From Yuukianura sp. NJ FZ-2021 (Eukaryota), in the NCBI GenBank assembly GCA_046563655.1, contig CM102290.1:6448001-6512000 (forward strand): DNA of 64,000 bases. Reading direction: 5' to 3'. The notes under the pieces were generated by a model that searched no databases, had not been told where the DNA came from, and saw nothing but the letters and a program-made list of their open reading frames with translations. Both the position numbers and the translations under genes were made by a program. Below are positions 1 to 15,000 of the stretch, in pieces. The first letter of the stretch is position 1, and every line of letters starts with the position of its first letter.

Positions 1-3000
1 TGCGTCAAAATGGTGCTCGACATTGCCCTGGGTGGCGCACACCAACCCAAGATAAAATCCGAGGCAGAGCGGTTCATCCAGACTTTTAAGTACGCTCTAA
101 CCGGATTTAATTGCGATCTATCCACGCCAATTAAACTTGGGTTCCTGCAGAACTTTTCAGGAGGATTTCAGAAAAGTAACTCATTTTCACCCGGCATTGC
201 TACGCGTGGGAGTTTTTCGAATGATTTGTTTTGAAATAAATTTTCATAAAATAAAGTCACGAGAAGAGGGACGACACAGCAAGTGAAAGTGGGTTCCTGT
301 AGCCCTTTTTATGAGGATTTCAAAAATATAGTTGACTTTTACCCAGCATCGTTCCGGAATGCATTTCTTTTGAATTCTTTGTTTTGAAACATGAATTTTC
401 ATAAATAAAGGTAACAAGATGACTGACGACACAGCAAGTGAAAGTGGGTTCCTGTAGCACTTTTTATGAGGATTTCAAAAATGTAATTTACTTTCTGTTC
501 ATTCTCACATTTGCATGTTCATTCTCACAAATTTAAGTCGTTTTGCGTCAAAATGGTGCTCGACATTGCCCTGGGTGGCGCACACCAACCCAAGATAAAA
601 TCCGAGGCAGAGCGGTTCATCCAGACTTTTAAGTACGCTCTAACCGGATTTAATTGCGATCTATCCACGCCAATTAAACTTGGGTTCCTGTAGTACTTTT
701 CAGGAGGATTTCAGAAAAGTAACTCATTTTCACCCGGCATTGCTACGCGTGGGAGTTTTTCGAATGATTTGTTTTGAAATAAATTTTCATAAAATAAAGT
801 CACGAGAAGAGGGACGACACAGCAAGTGAAAGTGGGTTCCTGTAGCCCTTTTTATGAGGATTTCAAAAATATAGTTGACTTTTACCCAGCATCGTTCCGG
901 AATGCATTTCTTTTGAATTCTTTGTTTTGAAACATGAATTTTCATAAATAAAGGTAACAAGATGACTGACGACACAGCAACTGAAAGTGGGTTCCTGTAG
1001 CACTTTTTATGGGGATTTCAAAAATGTAATTTACTTTTTGTTCATTCTCACATTTGCATGTTCATTCTCACAAATTTAAGTCGTTTTTGCGTCAAAATGG
1101 TGCTCGACATTGCCCTGGGTGGCGCACACCAACCCAAGATAAAATCCGAGGCAGAGCGGTTCATCCAGACTTTTAAGTACGCTCTAACCGGATTTAATTG
1201 CGATCTATCCACGCCAATTAAACTTGGGTTCCTGTAGAACTTTTCAGGAGGATTTCAGAAAAGTAACTCATTTTCACCCGGCATTGCTACGCGTGGGAGT
1301 TTTTCGAATGATTTGTTTTGAAATAAATTTTCATAAAATAAAGTCACGAGAAGAGGGACGACACAGCAAGTGAAAGTGGGTTCCTGTAGCCCTTTTTATG
1401 AGGATTTCAAAAATATAGTTGACTTTTACCCAGCATCGTTCCGGAATGCATTTATTTTGAATTCTTTGTTTTGAAACATGAATTTTCATAAATAAAGGTA
1501 ACAAGATGACTGACGACACAGCAAGTGAAAGTGGGTTCCTGTAGCACTTTTTATGAGGATTTCAAAAATGTAATTTACTTTCTGTTCATTCTCACATTTG
1601 CATGTTCATTCTCACAAATTTAAGTCGTTTTGCGTCAAAATGGTGCTCGACATTGCCCTGGGTGCCGTATACCAACCCAAGATAAAATCCGAGACAGAGC
1701 GGTTCATCCAGACTTTTAGGTACACGCTAACCGGATTTAATTGCGATATATCCACGATAATTAAACTGGGGTTCCTGTAGTACTTTTCAGGAGGATTTCA
1801 GAAAAGTAACTCATTTTCACCCGGCATTGCTACGCGTGGGAGTTTTTCGAATGATTTGTTTTGAAATAAATTTTCATAAAATAAAGTCACGAGAAGAGGG
1901 ACGACACAGCAAGTGAAAGTGGGTTCCTGTAGCCCTTTTTATGAGGATTTCAAAAATATAGTTGACTTTTACCCAGCATCGTTCCGGAATGCATTTCTTT
2001 TGAATTCTTTGTTTTGAAACATGAATTTTCATAAATAAAGGTAACAAGATGACTGACGACACAGCAAGTGAAAGTGGGTTCCTGTAGCACTTTTTATGAG
2101 GATTTCAAAAATGTAATTTACTTTCTGTTCATTCTCACATTTGCATGTTCATTCTCACAAATTTAAGTCGTTTTTGCGTCAAAATGGTGCTCGACATTGC
2201 CCTGGGTGGCGCACACCAACCCAAGATAAAATCCGAGGCAGAGCGGTTCATCCAGACTTTTAAGTACGCTCTAACCGGATTTAATTGCGATCTATCCACG
2301 CCAATTAAACTTGGGTTCCTGTAGAACTTTTCAGGAGGATTTCAGAAAAGTAACTCATTTTCACCCGGCATTGCTACGCGTGGGAGTTTTTCGAATGATT
2401 TGTTTTGAAATAAATTTTCATAAAATAAAGTCACGAGAAGAGGGACGACACAGCAAGTGAAAGTGGGTTCCTGTAGCCCTTTTTATGAGGATTTCAAAAA
2501 TATAGTTGACTTTTACCCAGCATCGTTCCGGAATGCATTTCTTTTGAATTCTTTGTTTTGAAACATGAATTTTCATAAATAAAGGTAACAAGATGACTGA
2601 CGACACAGCAAGTGAAAGTGGGTTCCTGTAGCACTTTTTATGAGGATTTCAAAAATGTAATTTACTTTTTGTTCATTCTCACATTTGCATGTTCATTCTC
2701 ACAAATTTAAGTCGTTTTTGCGTCAAAATGGTGCTCGACATTGCCCTGGGTGGCGCACACCAACCCAAGATAAAATCCGAGGCAGAGCGGTTCATCCAGA
2801 CTTTTAAGTACGCTCTAACCGGATTTAATTGCGATCTATCCACGCCAATTAAACTTGGGTTCCTGTAGTACTTTTCAGGAGGATTTCAGAAAAGTAACTC
2901 ATTTTCACCCGGCATTGCTACGCGTGGGAGTTTTTCGAATGATTTGTTTTGAAATAAATTTTCATAAAATAAAGTCACGAGAAGAGGGACGACACAGCAA

Positions 3001-6000
3001 GTGAAAGTGGGTTCCTGTAGCCCTTTTTATGAGGATTTCAAAAATATAGTTGACTTTTACCCAGCATCGTTCCGGAATGCATTTATTTTGAATTCTTTGT
3101 TTTGAAACATGAATTTTCATAAATAAAAGTAACAAGATGACTGACGACACAGCAAGTGAAAGTGGGTTCCTGTAGCACTTTTTATGAGGATTTCAAAAAT
3201 GTAATTTACTTTCTGTTCATTCTCACATTTGCATGTTCATTCTCACAAATTTAAGTCGTTTTGCGTCAAAATGGTGCTCGACATTGCCCTGGGTGCCGTA
3301 TACCAACCCAAGATAAAATCCGAGACAGTGCGGTTCATCCAGACTTTTAAGTACACGCTAACCGGATTTAATTGCGATATATCCACGATAATTAAACTGG
3401 GGTTCCTGTAGTACTTTTCAGGAGGATTTCAGAAAAGTAACTCATTTTCACCCGGCATTGCTACGCGTGGGAGTTTTTCGAATGATTTGTTTTGAAATAA
3501 ATTTTCATAAAATAAAGTCACGAGAAGAGGGACGACACAGCAAGTGAAAGTGGGTTCCTGTAGCCCTTTTTATGAGGATTTCAAAAATATAGTTGACTTT
3601 TACCCAGCATCGTTCCGGAATGCATTTATTTGAATTCTTTGTTTTGAAACATGAATTTTCATAAATAAAGGTAACAAGATGACTGACGACACAGCAAGTG
3701 AAAGTGGGTTCCTGTAGCACTTTTTATGAGGATTTCAAAAATGTAATTTACTTTCTGTTCATTCTCACATTTGCATGTTCATTCTCACAAATTTAAGTCG
3801 TTTTGCGTCAAAATGGTGCTCGACATTGCCCTGGGTGCCGTATACCAACCCAAGATAAAATCCGAGACAGTGCGGTTCATCCAGACTTTTAAGTACACGC
3901 TAACCGGATTTAATTGCGATATATCCACGATAATTAAACTGGGGTTCCTGTAGTACTTTTCAGGAGGATTTCAGAAAAGTAACTCATTTTCACCCGGCAT
4001 TGCTACGCGTGGGAGTTTTTCGAATGATTTGTTTTGAAATAAATTTTCATAAAATAAAGTCACGAGAAGAGGGACGACACAGCAAGTGAAAGTGGGTTCC
4101 TGTAGCCCTTTTTATGAGGATTTCAAAAATATAGTTGACTTTTACCCAGCATCGTTCCGGAATGCATTTCTTTTGAATTCTTTGTTTTGAAACATGAATT
4201 TTCATAAATAAAGGTAACAAGATGACTGACGACACAGCAAGTGAAAGTGGGTTCCTGTAGCACTTTTTATGAGGATTTCAAAAATGTAATTTACTTTCTG
4301 TTCATTCTCACATTTGCATGTTCATTCTCACAAATTTAAGTCGTTTTGCGTCAAAATGGTGCTCGACATTGCCCTGGGTGGCGCACACCAACCCAAGATA
4401 AAATCCGAGGCAGAGCGGTTCATCCAGACTTTTAAGTACGCTCTAACCGGATTTAATTGCGATCTATCCACGCCAATTAAACTTGGGTTCCTGTAGTACT
4501 TTTCAGGAGGATTTCAGAAAAGTAACTCATTTTCTCCCGGCATTGCTAAGCGTGGGAGTTTTTCGAATGATTTGTTTTGAAATAAATTTTCATAAAATAA
4601 AGTCACGAGAAGAGGGAAGACACAGCAAGTGAAAGTGGGTTCCTGTAGCACTTTTTATGAGGATTTCAAAAATGTATTTTACTTTCTGTTCATTCTCACA
4701 TTTGCATGTTCATTCTCACAAATTTAAGTCGTTTTTGCGTCAAAATGGTGCTCGACATTGCCCTGGGTGGCGCACACCAACCCAAGATAAAATCCGAGGC
4801 AGAGCGGTTCATCCAGACTTTTAAGTACGCTCTAACCGGATTTAATTGCGATCTATCCACGCCAATTAAACTTGGGTTCCTGTAGTACTTTTCAGTAGGA
4901 TTTCAGAAAAGTAACTCATTTTCTCCCGGCATTGCTACGCGTGGGAGTTTTTCGAATGATTTGTTTTGAAATAAATTTTCATAAATATAGGTAACAAGAT
5001 GAGGGACGACACAGCAAGTGAAAGTGGGTTCCTGTAGCCCTTTTTATGAGGATTTCAAAAATATAGTTGACTTTTACCCAGCATCGTTCCGGAATGCATT
5101 TCTTTTGAATTCTTTGTTTTGAAACATGAATTTTCATAAATAAAGGTAACAAGCTGACTGACGACACAGCAACTGAAAGTGGGTTCCTGTAGCACGTTTT
5201 ATGCGGATTTCAAAAATGTAATTTACTTTTTGTTCATTCTCACATTTGCATGTTCATTCTCACAAATTTAAGTCGTTTTTGCGTCAAAATGGTGCTCGAC
5301 ATTGCCCTGGGTGCCGTATACCAACCCAACATAAAATTCGAGACAGAGCGGTTCATCCAGACTTTTAAGTACACGCTAACCGGATTTAATTGCGATATAT
5401 CCACGATAATTAAACTTGGGTTCCTGTAGTACTTTTCAGGAGGATTTCAGAAAAGTAACTCATTTTCACCCGGCATTGCTACGCGTGGGAGTTTTTCGAA
5501 TCATTTGTTTTGAAATAAATTTTCATAAAATAAAGTCACGAGATGAGGGACGACACAGCCACTGAAAGTGGGTTCCTGTAGCACGTTTTATGGGGATTTC
5601 AAAAATGTAATTTACTTTTTGTTCATTCTCACATTTGCATGTTCATTCTCACAAATTTAAGTCGTTTTTGCGTCAAAATGGTGCTCGACATTGCCCTGGG
5701 TGGCGCACACCAACCCAAGATAAAATCCGAGGCAGAGCGGTTCATCCAGACTTTTAAGTACGCTCTAACCGGATTTAATTGCGATCTATCCACGCCAATT
5801 AAACTTGGGTTCCTGTAGTACTTTTCAGGAGGATTTCAGAAAAGTAACTCATTTTCTCCCGGCATTGCTACGCGTGGGAGTTTTTCGAATGATTTGTTTT
5901 GAAATAAATTTTCATAAAATAAAGTCACGAGAAGAGGGACGACACAGCAAGTGAAAGTGGGTTCCTGTAGCCCTTTTTATGAGGATTTCAAAAATATAGT

Positions 6001-9000
6001 TGACTTTTACCCAGCATCGTTCCGGAATGCATTTATTTGAATTCTTTGTTTTGAAACATGAATTTTCATAAATAAAGGTAACAAGATGACTGACGACACA
6101 GCAAGTGAAAGTGGGTTCCTGTAGCACTTTTTATGAGGATTTCAAAAATGTAATTTACTTTCTGTTCATTCTCACATTTGCATGTTCATTCTCACAAATT
6201 TAAGTCGTTTTGCGTCAAAATGGTGCTCGACATTGCCCTGGGTGGCGCACACCAACCCAAGATAAAATCCGAGGCAGAGCGGTTCATCCAGACTTTTAAG
6301 TACGCTCTAACCGGATTTAATTGCGATCTATCCACGCCAGTTAAACTTGGGTTCCTGTAGTACTTTTCAGGAGGATTTCAGAAAAGTAACTCATTTTCTC
6401 CCGGCATTGCTACGCGTGGGAGTTTTTCGAATGATTTGTTTTGAAATAAATTTTCATAAAATAAAGTCACGAGAAGAGGGACGACACAGCAAGTGAAAGT
6501 GGGTTCCTGTAGCCCTTTTTATGAGGATTTCAAAAATATAGTTGACTTTTACCCAGCATCGTTCCGGAATGCATTTCTTTTGAATTCTTTGTTTTGAAAC
6601 ATGAATTTTCATAAATAAAGGTAACAAGATGACTGACGACACAGCAAGTGAAAGTGGGTTCCTGTAGCACTTTTTATGAGGATTTCAAAAATGTAATTTA
6701 CTTTCTGTTCATTCTCACATTTGCATGTTCATTCTCACAAATTTAAGTCGTTTTGCGTCAAAATGGTGCTCGACATTGCCCTGGGTGGCGCACACCAACC
6801 CAAGATAAAATCCGAGGCAGAGCGGTTCATCCAGACTTTTAAGTACGCTCTAACCGGATTTAATTGCGATCTATCCACGCCAATTAAACTTGGGTTCCTG
6901 TAGTACTTTTCAGGAGGATTTCAGAAAAGTAACTCATTTTCACCCGGCATTGCTACGCGTGGGAGTTTTTCGAATGATTTGTTTTGAAATAAATTTTCAT
7001 AAAATAAAGTCACGAGAAGAGGGACGACACAGCAAGTGAAAGTGGGTTCCTGTAGCCCTTTTTATGAGGATTTCAAAAATATAGTTGACTTTTACCCAGC
7101 ATCGTTCCGGAATGCATTTCTTTTGAATTCTTTGTTTTGAAACATGAATTTTCATAAATAAAGGTAACAAGATGACTGACGACACAGCAAGTGAAAGTGG
7201 GTTCCTGTAGCACTTTTTATGAGGATTTCAAAAATGTAATTTACTTTCTGTTCATTCTCACATTTGCATGTTCATTCTCACAAATTTAAGTCGTTTTTGC
7301 GTCAAAATGGTGCTCGACATTGCCCTGGGTGGCGCACACCAACCCAAGATAAAATCCGAGGCAGAGCGGTTCATCCAGACTTTTAAGTACGCTCTAACCG
7401 GATTTAATTGCGATCTATCCACGCCAATTAAACTTGGGTTCCTGTAGTACTTTTCAGGAGGATTTCAGAAAAGTAACTCATTTTCACCCGGCATTGCTAC
7501 GCGTGGGAGTTTTTCGAATGATTTGTTTTGAAATAAATTTTCATAAAATAAAGTCACGAGAAGAGGGACGACACAGCAAGTGAAAGTGGGTTCCTGTAGC
7601 CCTTTTTATGAGGATTTCAAAAATATAGTTGACTTTTACCCAGCATCGTTCCGGAATGCATTTCTTTTGAATTCTTTGTTTTGAAACATGAATTTTCATA
7701 AATAAAGGTAACAAGATGACTGACGACACAGCAACTGAAAGTGGGTTCCTGTAGCACTTTTTATGAGGATTTCAAAAATGTAATTTACTTTCTGTTCATT
7801 CTCACATTTGCATGTTCATTCTCACAAATTTAAGTCGTTTTTGCGTCAAAATGGTGCTCGACATTGCCCTGGGTGGCGCACACCAACCCAAGATAAAATC
7901 CGAGGCAGAGCGGTTCATCCAGACTTTTAAGTACGCTCTAACCGGATTTAATTGCGATCTATCCACGCCAATTAAACTTGGGTTCCTGTAGTACTTTTCA
8001 GGAGGATTTCAGAAAAGTAACTCATTTTCACCCGGCATTGCTACGCGTGGGAGTTTTTCGAATGATTTGTTTTGAAATAAATTTTCATAAAATAAAGTCA
8101 CGAGAAGAGGGACGACACAGCAAGTGAAAGTGGGTTCCTGTAGCCCTTTTTATGAGGATTTCAAAAATATAGTTGACTTTTACCCAGCATCGTTCCGGAA
8201 TGCATTTCTTTTGAATTCTTTGTTTTGAAACATGAATTTTCATAAATAAAGGTAACAAGATGACTGACGACACAGCAAGTGAAAGTGGGTTCCTGTAGCA
8301 CTTTTTATGAGGATTTCAAAAATGTAATTTACTTTCTGTTCATTCTCACATTTGCATGTTCATTCTCACAAATTTAAGTCGTTTTGCGTCAAAATGGTGC
8401 TCGACATTGCCCTGGGTGCCGTATACCAACCCAAGATAAAATCCGAGACAGAGCGGTTCATCCAGACTTTTAAGTACACGCTAACCGGATTTAATTGCGA
8501 TATATCCACGATAATTAAACTTGGGGTTCCTGTAGTACTTTTCAGGAGGATTTCAGAAAAGTAACTCATTTTCACCCGGCATTGCTACGCGTGGGAGTTT
8601 TTCGAATGATTTGTTTTGAAATAAATTTTCATAAAATAAAGTCACGAGAAGAGGGACGACACAGCAAGTGAAAGTGGGTTCCTGTAGCCCTTTTTATGAG
8701 GATTTCAAAAATATAGTTGACTTTTACCCAGCATCGTTCCGGAATGCATTTCTTTTGAATTCTTTGTTTTGAAACATGAATTTTCATAAATAAAGGTAAC
8801 AAGATGACTGACGACACAGCAAGTGAAAGTGGGTTCCTGTAGCACTTTTTATGAGGATTTCAAAAATGTAATTTACTTTCTGTTCATTCTCACATTTGCA
8901 TGTTCATTCTCACAAATTTAAGTCGTTTTGCGTCAAAATGGTGCTCGACATTGCCCTGGGTGCCGTATACCAACCCAAGATAAAATCCGAGACAGAGCGG

Positions 9001-12000
9001 TTCATCCAGACTTTTAAGTACACGCTAACCGGATTTAATTGCGATATATCCACGATAATTAAACTTGGGTTCCTGTAGTACTTTTCAGGAGGATTTCAGA
9101 AAAGTAACTCATTTTCACCCGGCATTGCTACGCGTGGGAGTTTTTCGAATGATTTGTTTTGAAATAAATTTTCATAAAATAAAGTCACGAGAAGAGGGAC
9201 GACACAGCAAGTGAAAGTGGGTTCCTGTAGCCCTTTTTATGAGGATTTCAAAAATATAGTTGACTTTTACCCAGCATCGTTCCGGAATGCATTTCTTTTG
9301 AATTCTTTGTTTTGAAACATGAATTTTCATAAATAAAGGTAACAAGATGACTGACGACACAGCAAGTGAAAGTGGGTTCCTGTAGCACTTTTTATGAGGA
9401 TTTCAAAAATGTAATTTACTTTCTGTTCATTCTCACATTTGCATGTTCATTCTCACAAATTTAAGTCGTTTTTGCGTCAAAATGGTGCTCGACATTGCCC
9501 TGGGTGGCGCACACCAACCCAAGATAAAATCCGAGGCAGAGCGGTTCATCCAGACTTTTAAGTACGCTCTAACCGGATTTAATTGCGATCTATCCACGCC
9601 AATTAAACTTGGGTTCCTGTAGTACTTTTCAGGAGGATTTCAGAAAAGTAACTCATTTTCTCCCGGCATTGCTACGCGTGGGAGTTTTTCGAATGATTTG
9701 TTTTGAAATAAATTTTCATAAAATAAAGTCACGAGAAGAGGGACGACACAGCAAGTGAAAGTGGGTTCCTGTAGCACTTTTTATGAGGATTTCAAAAATG
9801 TAATTTACTTTCTGTTCATTCTCACATTTGCATGTTCATTCTCACAAATTTAAGTCGTTTTTGCGTCAAAATGGTGCTCGACATTGCCCTGGGTGGCGCA
9901 CACCAACCCAAGATAAAATCCGAGGCAGAGCGGTTCATCCAGACTTTTAAGTACGCTCTAACCGGATTTAATTGCGATCTATCCACGCCAATTAAACTTG
10001 GGTTCCTGTAGTACTTTTCAGGAGGATTTCAGAAAAGTAACTCATTTTCTCCCGGCATTGCTACGCGTGGGAGTTTTTCGAATGATTTGTTTTGAAATAA
10101 ATTTTCATAAATAAAGGTAACGAGATGAGGGACGACACAGCAAGTGAAAGTGGGTTCCTGTAGCCCTTTTTATGAGGATTTCAAAAATATAGTTGACTTT
10201 TACCCAGCATCGTTCCGGAATGCATTTCTTTTGAATTCTTTGTTTTGAAACATGAATTTTCATAAATAAAGGTAACAAGATGACTGACGACACAGCAACT
10301 GAAAGTGGGTTCCTGTAGCACTTTTTATGAGGATTTCAAAAATGTAATTTACTTTCTGTTCATTCTCACATTTGCATGTTCATTCTCACAAATTTAAGTC
10401 GTTTTTGCGTCAAAATGGTGCTCGACATTGCCCTGGGTGCCGTATACCAACCCAAGATAAAATCCGAGACAGAGCGGTTCATCCAGACTTTTAAGTACAC
10501 GCTAACCGGATTTAATTGCGATCTATCCACGCCAAATAAACTTGGGTTCCTGTAGTACTTTTCAGGAGGATTTCAGAAAAGTAACTCATTTTCACCCGGC
10601 ATTGCTACGCGTGGGAGTTTTTCGAATGATTTGTTTTGAAATAAATTTTCATAAAATAAAGTCACGAGATGAGGGACGACACAGCAAGTGAAAGTGGGTT
10701 CCTGTAGCCCTTTTTATGAGGATTTCAAAAATGTAATTTACTTTTTGTTCATTCTCACATTTGCATGTTCATTCTCACAAATTTAAGTCGTTTTTGCGTC
10801 AAAATGGTGCTCGACATTGCCCTGGGTGGCGCACACCAACCCAAGATAAAATCCGAGGCAGAGCGGTTCATCCAGACTTTTAAGTACGCTCTAACCGGAT
10901 TTAATTGCGATCTATCCACGCCAATTAAACTTGGGTTCCTGTAGTACTTTTCAGGAGGATTTCAGAAAAGTAACTCATTTTCTCCCGGCATTGCTACGCG
11001 TGGGAGTTTTTCGAATGATTTGTTTTGAAACATGAATTTTCATAAATAAAGGTAACAAGATGAGGGACGACACAGCAAGTGAAAGTGGGTTCCTGTAGCA
11101 CTTTTTATGAGGATTTCAAAAATGTAATTTACTTTCTGTTCATTCTCACATTTGCATGTTCATTCTCACAAATTTAAGTCGTTTTTGCGTCAAAATGGTG
11201 CTCGACATTGCCCTGGGTGGCGCACACCAACCCAAGATAAAATCCGAGGCAGAGCGGTTCATCCAGACTTTTAAGTACGCTCTAACCGGATTTAATTGCG
11301 ATCTATCCACGCCAATTAAACTTGGGTTCCTGTAGTACTTTTCAGGAGGATTTCAGAAAAGTAACTCATTTTCTCCCGGCATTGCTACGCGTGGGAGTTT
11401 TTCGAATGATTTGTTTTGAAATAAATTTTCATAAAATAAAGTCACGAGAAGAGGGACGACACAGCAAGTGAAAGTGGGTTCCTGTAGCCCTTTTTATGAG
11501 GATTTCAAAAATATAGTTGACTTTTACCCAGCATCGTTCCGGAATGCATTTCTTTTGAATTCTTTGTTTTGAAACATGAATTTTCATAAATAAAGGTAAC
11601 AAGATGACTGACGACACAGCAAGTGAAAGTGGGTTCCTGTAGCACTTTTTATGAGGATTTCAAAAATGTAATTTACTTTCTGTTCATTCTCACATTTGCA
11701 TGTTCATTCTCACAAATTTAAGTCGTTTTTGCGTCAAAATGGTGCTCGACATTGCCCTGGGTGGCGCACACCAACCCAAGATAAAATCCGAGGCAGAGCG
11801 GTTCATCCAGACTTTTAAGTACGCTCTAACCGGATTTAATTGCGATCTATCCACGCCAATTAAACTTGGGTTCCTGTAGAACTTTTCAGGAGGATTTCAG
11901 AAAAGTAACTCATTTTCACCCGGCATTGCTACGCGTGGGAGTTTTTCGAATGATTTGTTTTGAAATAAATTTTCATAAAATAAAGTCACGAGAAGAGGGA

Positions 12001-15000
12001 CGACACAGCAAGTGAAAGTGGGTTCCTGTAGCCCTTTTTATGAGGATTTCAAAAATATAGTTGACTTTTACCCAGCATCGTTCCGGAATGCATTTCTTTT
12101 GAATTCTTTGTTTTGAAACATGAATTTTCATAAATAAAGGTAACAAGATGACTGACGACACAGCAAGTGAAAGTGGGTTCCTGTAGCACTTTTTATGAGG
12201 ATTTCAAAAATGTAATTTACTTTCTGTTCATTCTCACATTTGCATGTTCATTCTCACAAATTTAAGTCGTTTTTGCGTCAAAATGGTGCTCGACATTGCC
12301 CTGGGTGGCGCACACCAACCCAAGATAAAATCCGAGGCAGAGCGGTTCATCCAGACTTTTAAGTACGCTCTAACCGGATTTAATTGCGATCTATCCACGC
12401 CAATTAAACTTGGGTTCCTGTAGAACTTTTCAGGAGGATTTCAGAAAAGTAACTCATTTTCACCCGGCATTGCTACGCGTGGGAGTTTTTCGAATGATTT
12501 GTTTTGAAATAAATTTTCATAAAATAAAGTCACGAGAAGAGGGACGACACAGCAAGTGAAAGTGGGTTCCTGTAGCCCTTTTTATGAGGATTTCAAAAAT
12601 ATAGTTGACTTTTACCCAGCATCGTTCCGGAATGCATTTCTTTTGAATTCTTTGTTTTGAAACATGAATTTTCATAAATAAAGGTAACAAGATGACTGAC
12701 GACACAGCAAGTGAAAGTGGGTTCCTGTAGCACTTTTTATGAGGATTTCAAAAATGTAATTTACTTTCTGTTCATTCTCACATTTGCATGTTCATTCTCA
12801 CAAATTTAAGTCGTTTTTGCGTCAAAATGGTGCTCGACATTGCCCTGGGTGCCGTATACCAACCCAAGATAAAATCCGAGACAGTGCGGTTCATCCAGAC
12901 TTTTAAGTACACGCTAACCGGATTTAATTGCGATATATCCACGATAATTAAACTGGGGTTCCTGTAGTACTTTTCAGGAGGATTTCAGAAAAGTAACTCA
13001 TTTTCACCCGGCATTGCTACGCGTGGGAGTTTTTCGAATGATTTGTTTTGAAATAAATTTTCATAAAATAAAGTCACGAGAAGAGGGACGACACAGCAAG
13101 TGAAAGTGGGTTCCTGTAGCCCTTTTTATGAGGATTTCAAAAATATAGTTGACTTTTACCCAGCATCGTTCCGGAATGCATTTCTTTTGAATTCTTTGTT
13201 TTGAAACATGAATTTTCATAAATAAAGGTAACAAGATGACTGACGACACAGCAAGTGAAAGTGGGTTCCTGTAGCACTTTTTATGAGGATTTCAAAAATG
13301 TAATTTACTTTCTGTTCATTCTCACATTTGCATGTTCATTCTCACAAATTTAAGTCGTTTTTGCGTCAAAATGGTGCTCGACATTGCCCTGGGTGGCGCA
13401 CACCAACCCAAGATAAAATCCGAGGCAGAGCGGTTCATCCAGACTTTTAAGTACGCTCTAACCGGATTTAATTGCGATCTATCCACGCCAATTAAACTTG
13501 GGTTCCTGTAGTACTTTTCAGGAGGATTTCAGAAAAGTAACTCATTTTCACCCGGCATTGCTACGCGTGGGAGTTTTTCGAATGATTTGTTTTGAAATAA
13601 ATTTTCATAAAATAAAGTCACGAGAAGAGGGACGACACAGCAAGTGAAAGTGGGTTCCTGTAGCCCTTTTTATGAGGATTTCAAAAATATAGTTGACTTT
13701 TACCCAGCATCGTTCCGGAATGCATTTCTTTTGAATTCTTTGTTTTGAAACATGAATTTTCATAAATAAAGGTAACAAGATGACTGACGACACAGCAAGT
13801 GAAAGTGGGTTCCTGTAGCACTTTTTATGAGGATTTCAAAAATGTAATTTACTTTCTGTTCATTCTCACATTTGCATGTTCATTCTCACAAATTTAAGTC
13901 GTTTTTGCGTCAAAATGGTGCTCGACATTGCCCTGGGTGCCGTATACCAACCCAAGATAAAATCCGACACAGTGCGGTTCATCCAGACTTTTAAGTACAC
14001 GCTCTAACCGGATTTAATTGCGATATATCCACGATAATTAAACTTGGGGTTCCTGTAGTACTTTTCAGGAGGATTTCAGAAAAGTAACTCATTTTCACCC
14101 GGCATTGCTACGCGTGGGAGTTTTTCGAATGATTTGTTTTGAAATAAATTTTCATAAAATAAAGTCACGAGAAGAGGGACGACACAGCAAGTGAAAGTGG
14201 GTTCCTGTAGCCCTTTTTATGAGGATTTCAAAAATATAGTTGACTTTTACCCAGCATCGTTCCGGAATGCATTTATTTGAATTCTTTGTTTTGAAACATG
14301 AATTTTCATAAATAAAGGTAACAAGATGACTGACGACACAGCAAGTGAAAGTGGGTTCCTGTAGCACTTTTTATGAGGATTTCAAAAATGTAATTTACTT
14401 TCTGTTCATTCTCACATTTGCATGTTCATTCTCACAAATTTAAGTCGTTTTGCGTCAAAATGGTGCTCGACATTGCCCTGTGTGGCGTATACCAACCCAA
14501 GGTAAAATCCGAGGCAGAGCGGTTCATTCAGACTTGTAAGTACGCTCTAACCGGATTTAATTGCGATATATCCACGATAATTAAACTTGGGTTCCTGTAG
14601 TACTTTTCAGGAGGATTTCAGAAAAGTAACTCATTTTCACCCGGCATTGCTACGCGTGGGAGTTTTTCGAATGATTTGTTTTGAAATAAATTTTCATAAA
14701 ATAAAGTCACGAGAAGAGGGACGACACAGCAAGTGAAAGTGGGTTCCTGTAGCCCTTTTTATGAGGATTTCAAAAATATAGTTGACTTTTACCCAGCATC
14801 GTTCCGGAATGCATTTCTTTTGAATTCTTTGTTTTGAAACATGAATTTTCATAAATAAAGGTAACAAGATGACTGACGACACAGCAAGTGAAAGTGGGTT
14901 CCTGTAGCACTTTTTATGAGGATTTCAAAAATGTAATTTACTTTCTGTTCATTCTCACATTTGCATGTTCATTCTCACAAATTTAAGTCGTTTTTGCGTC

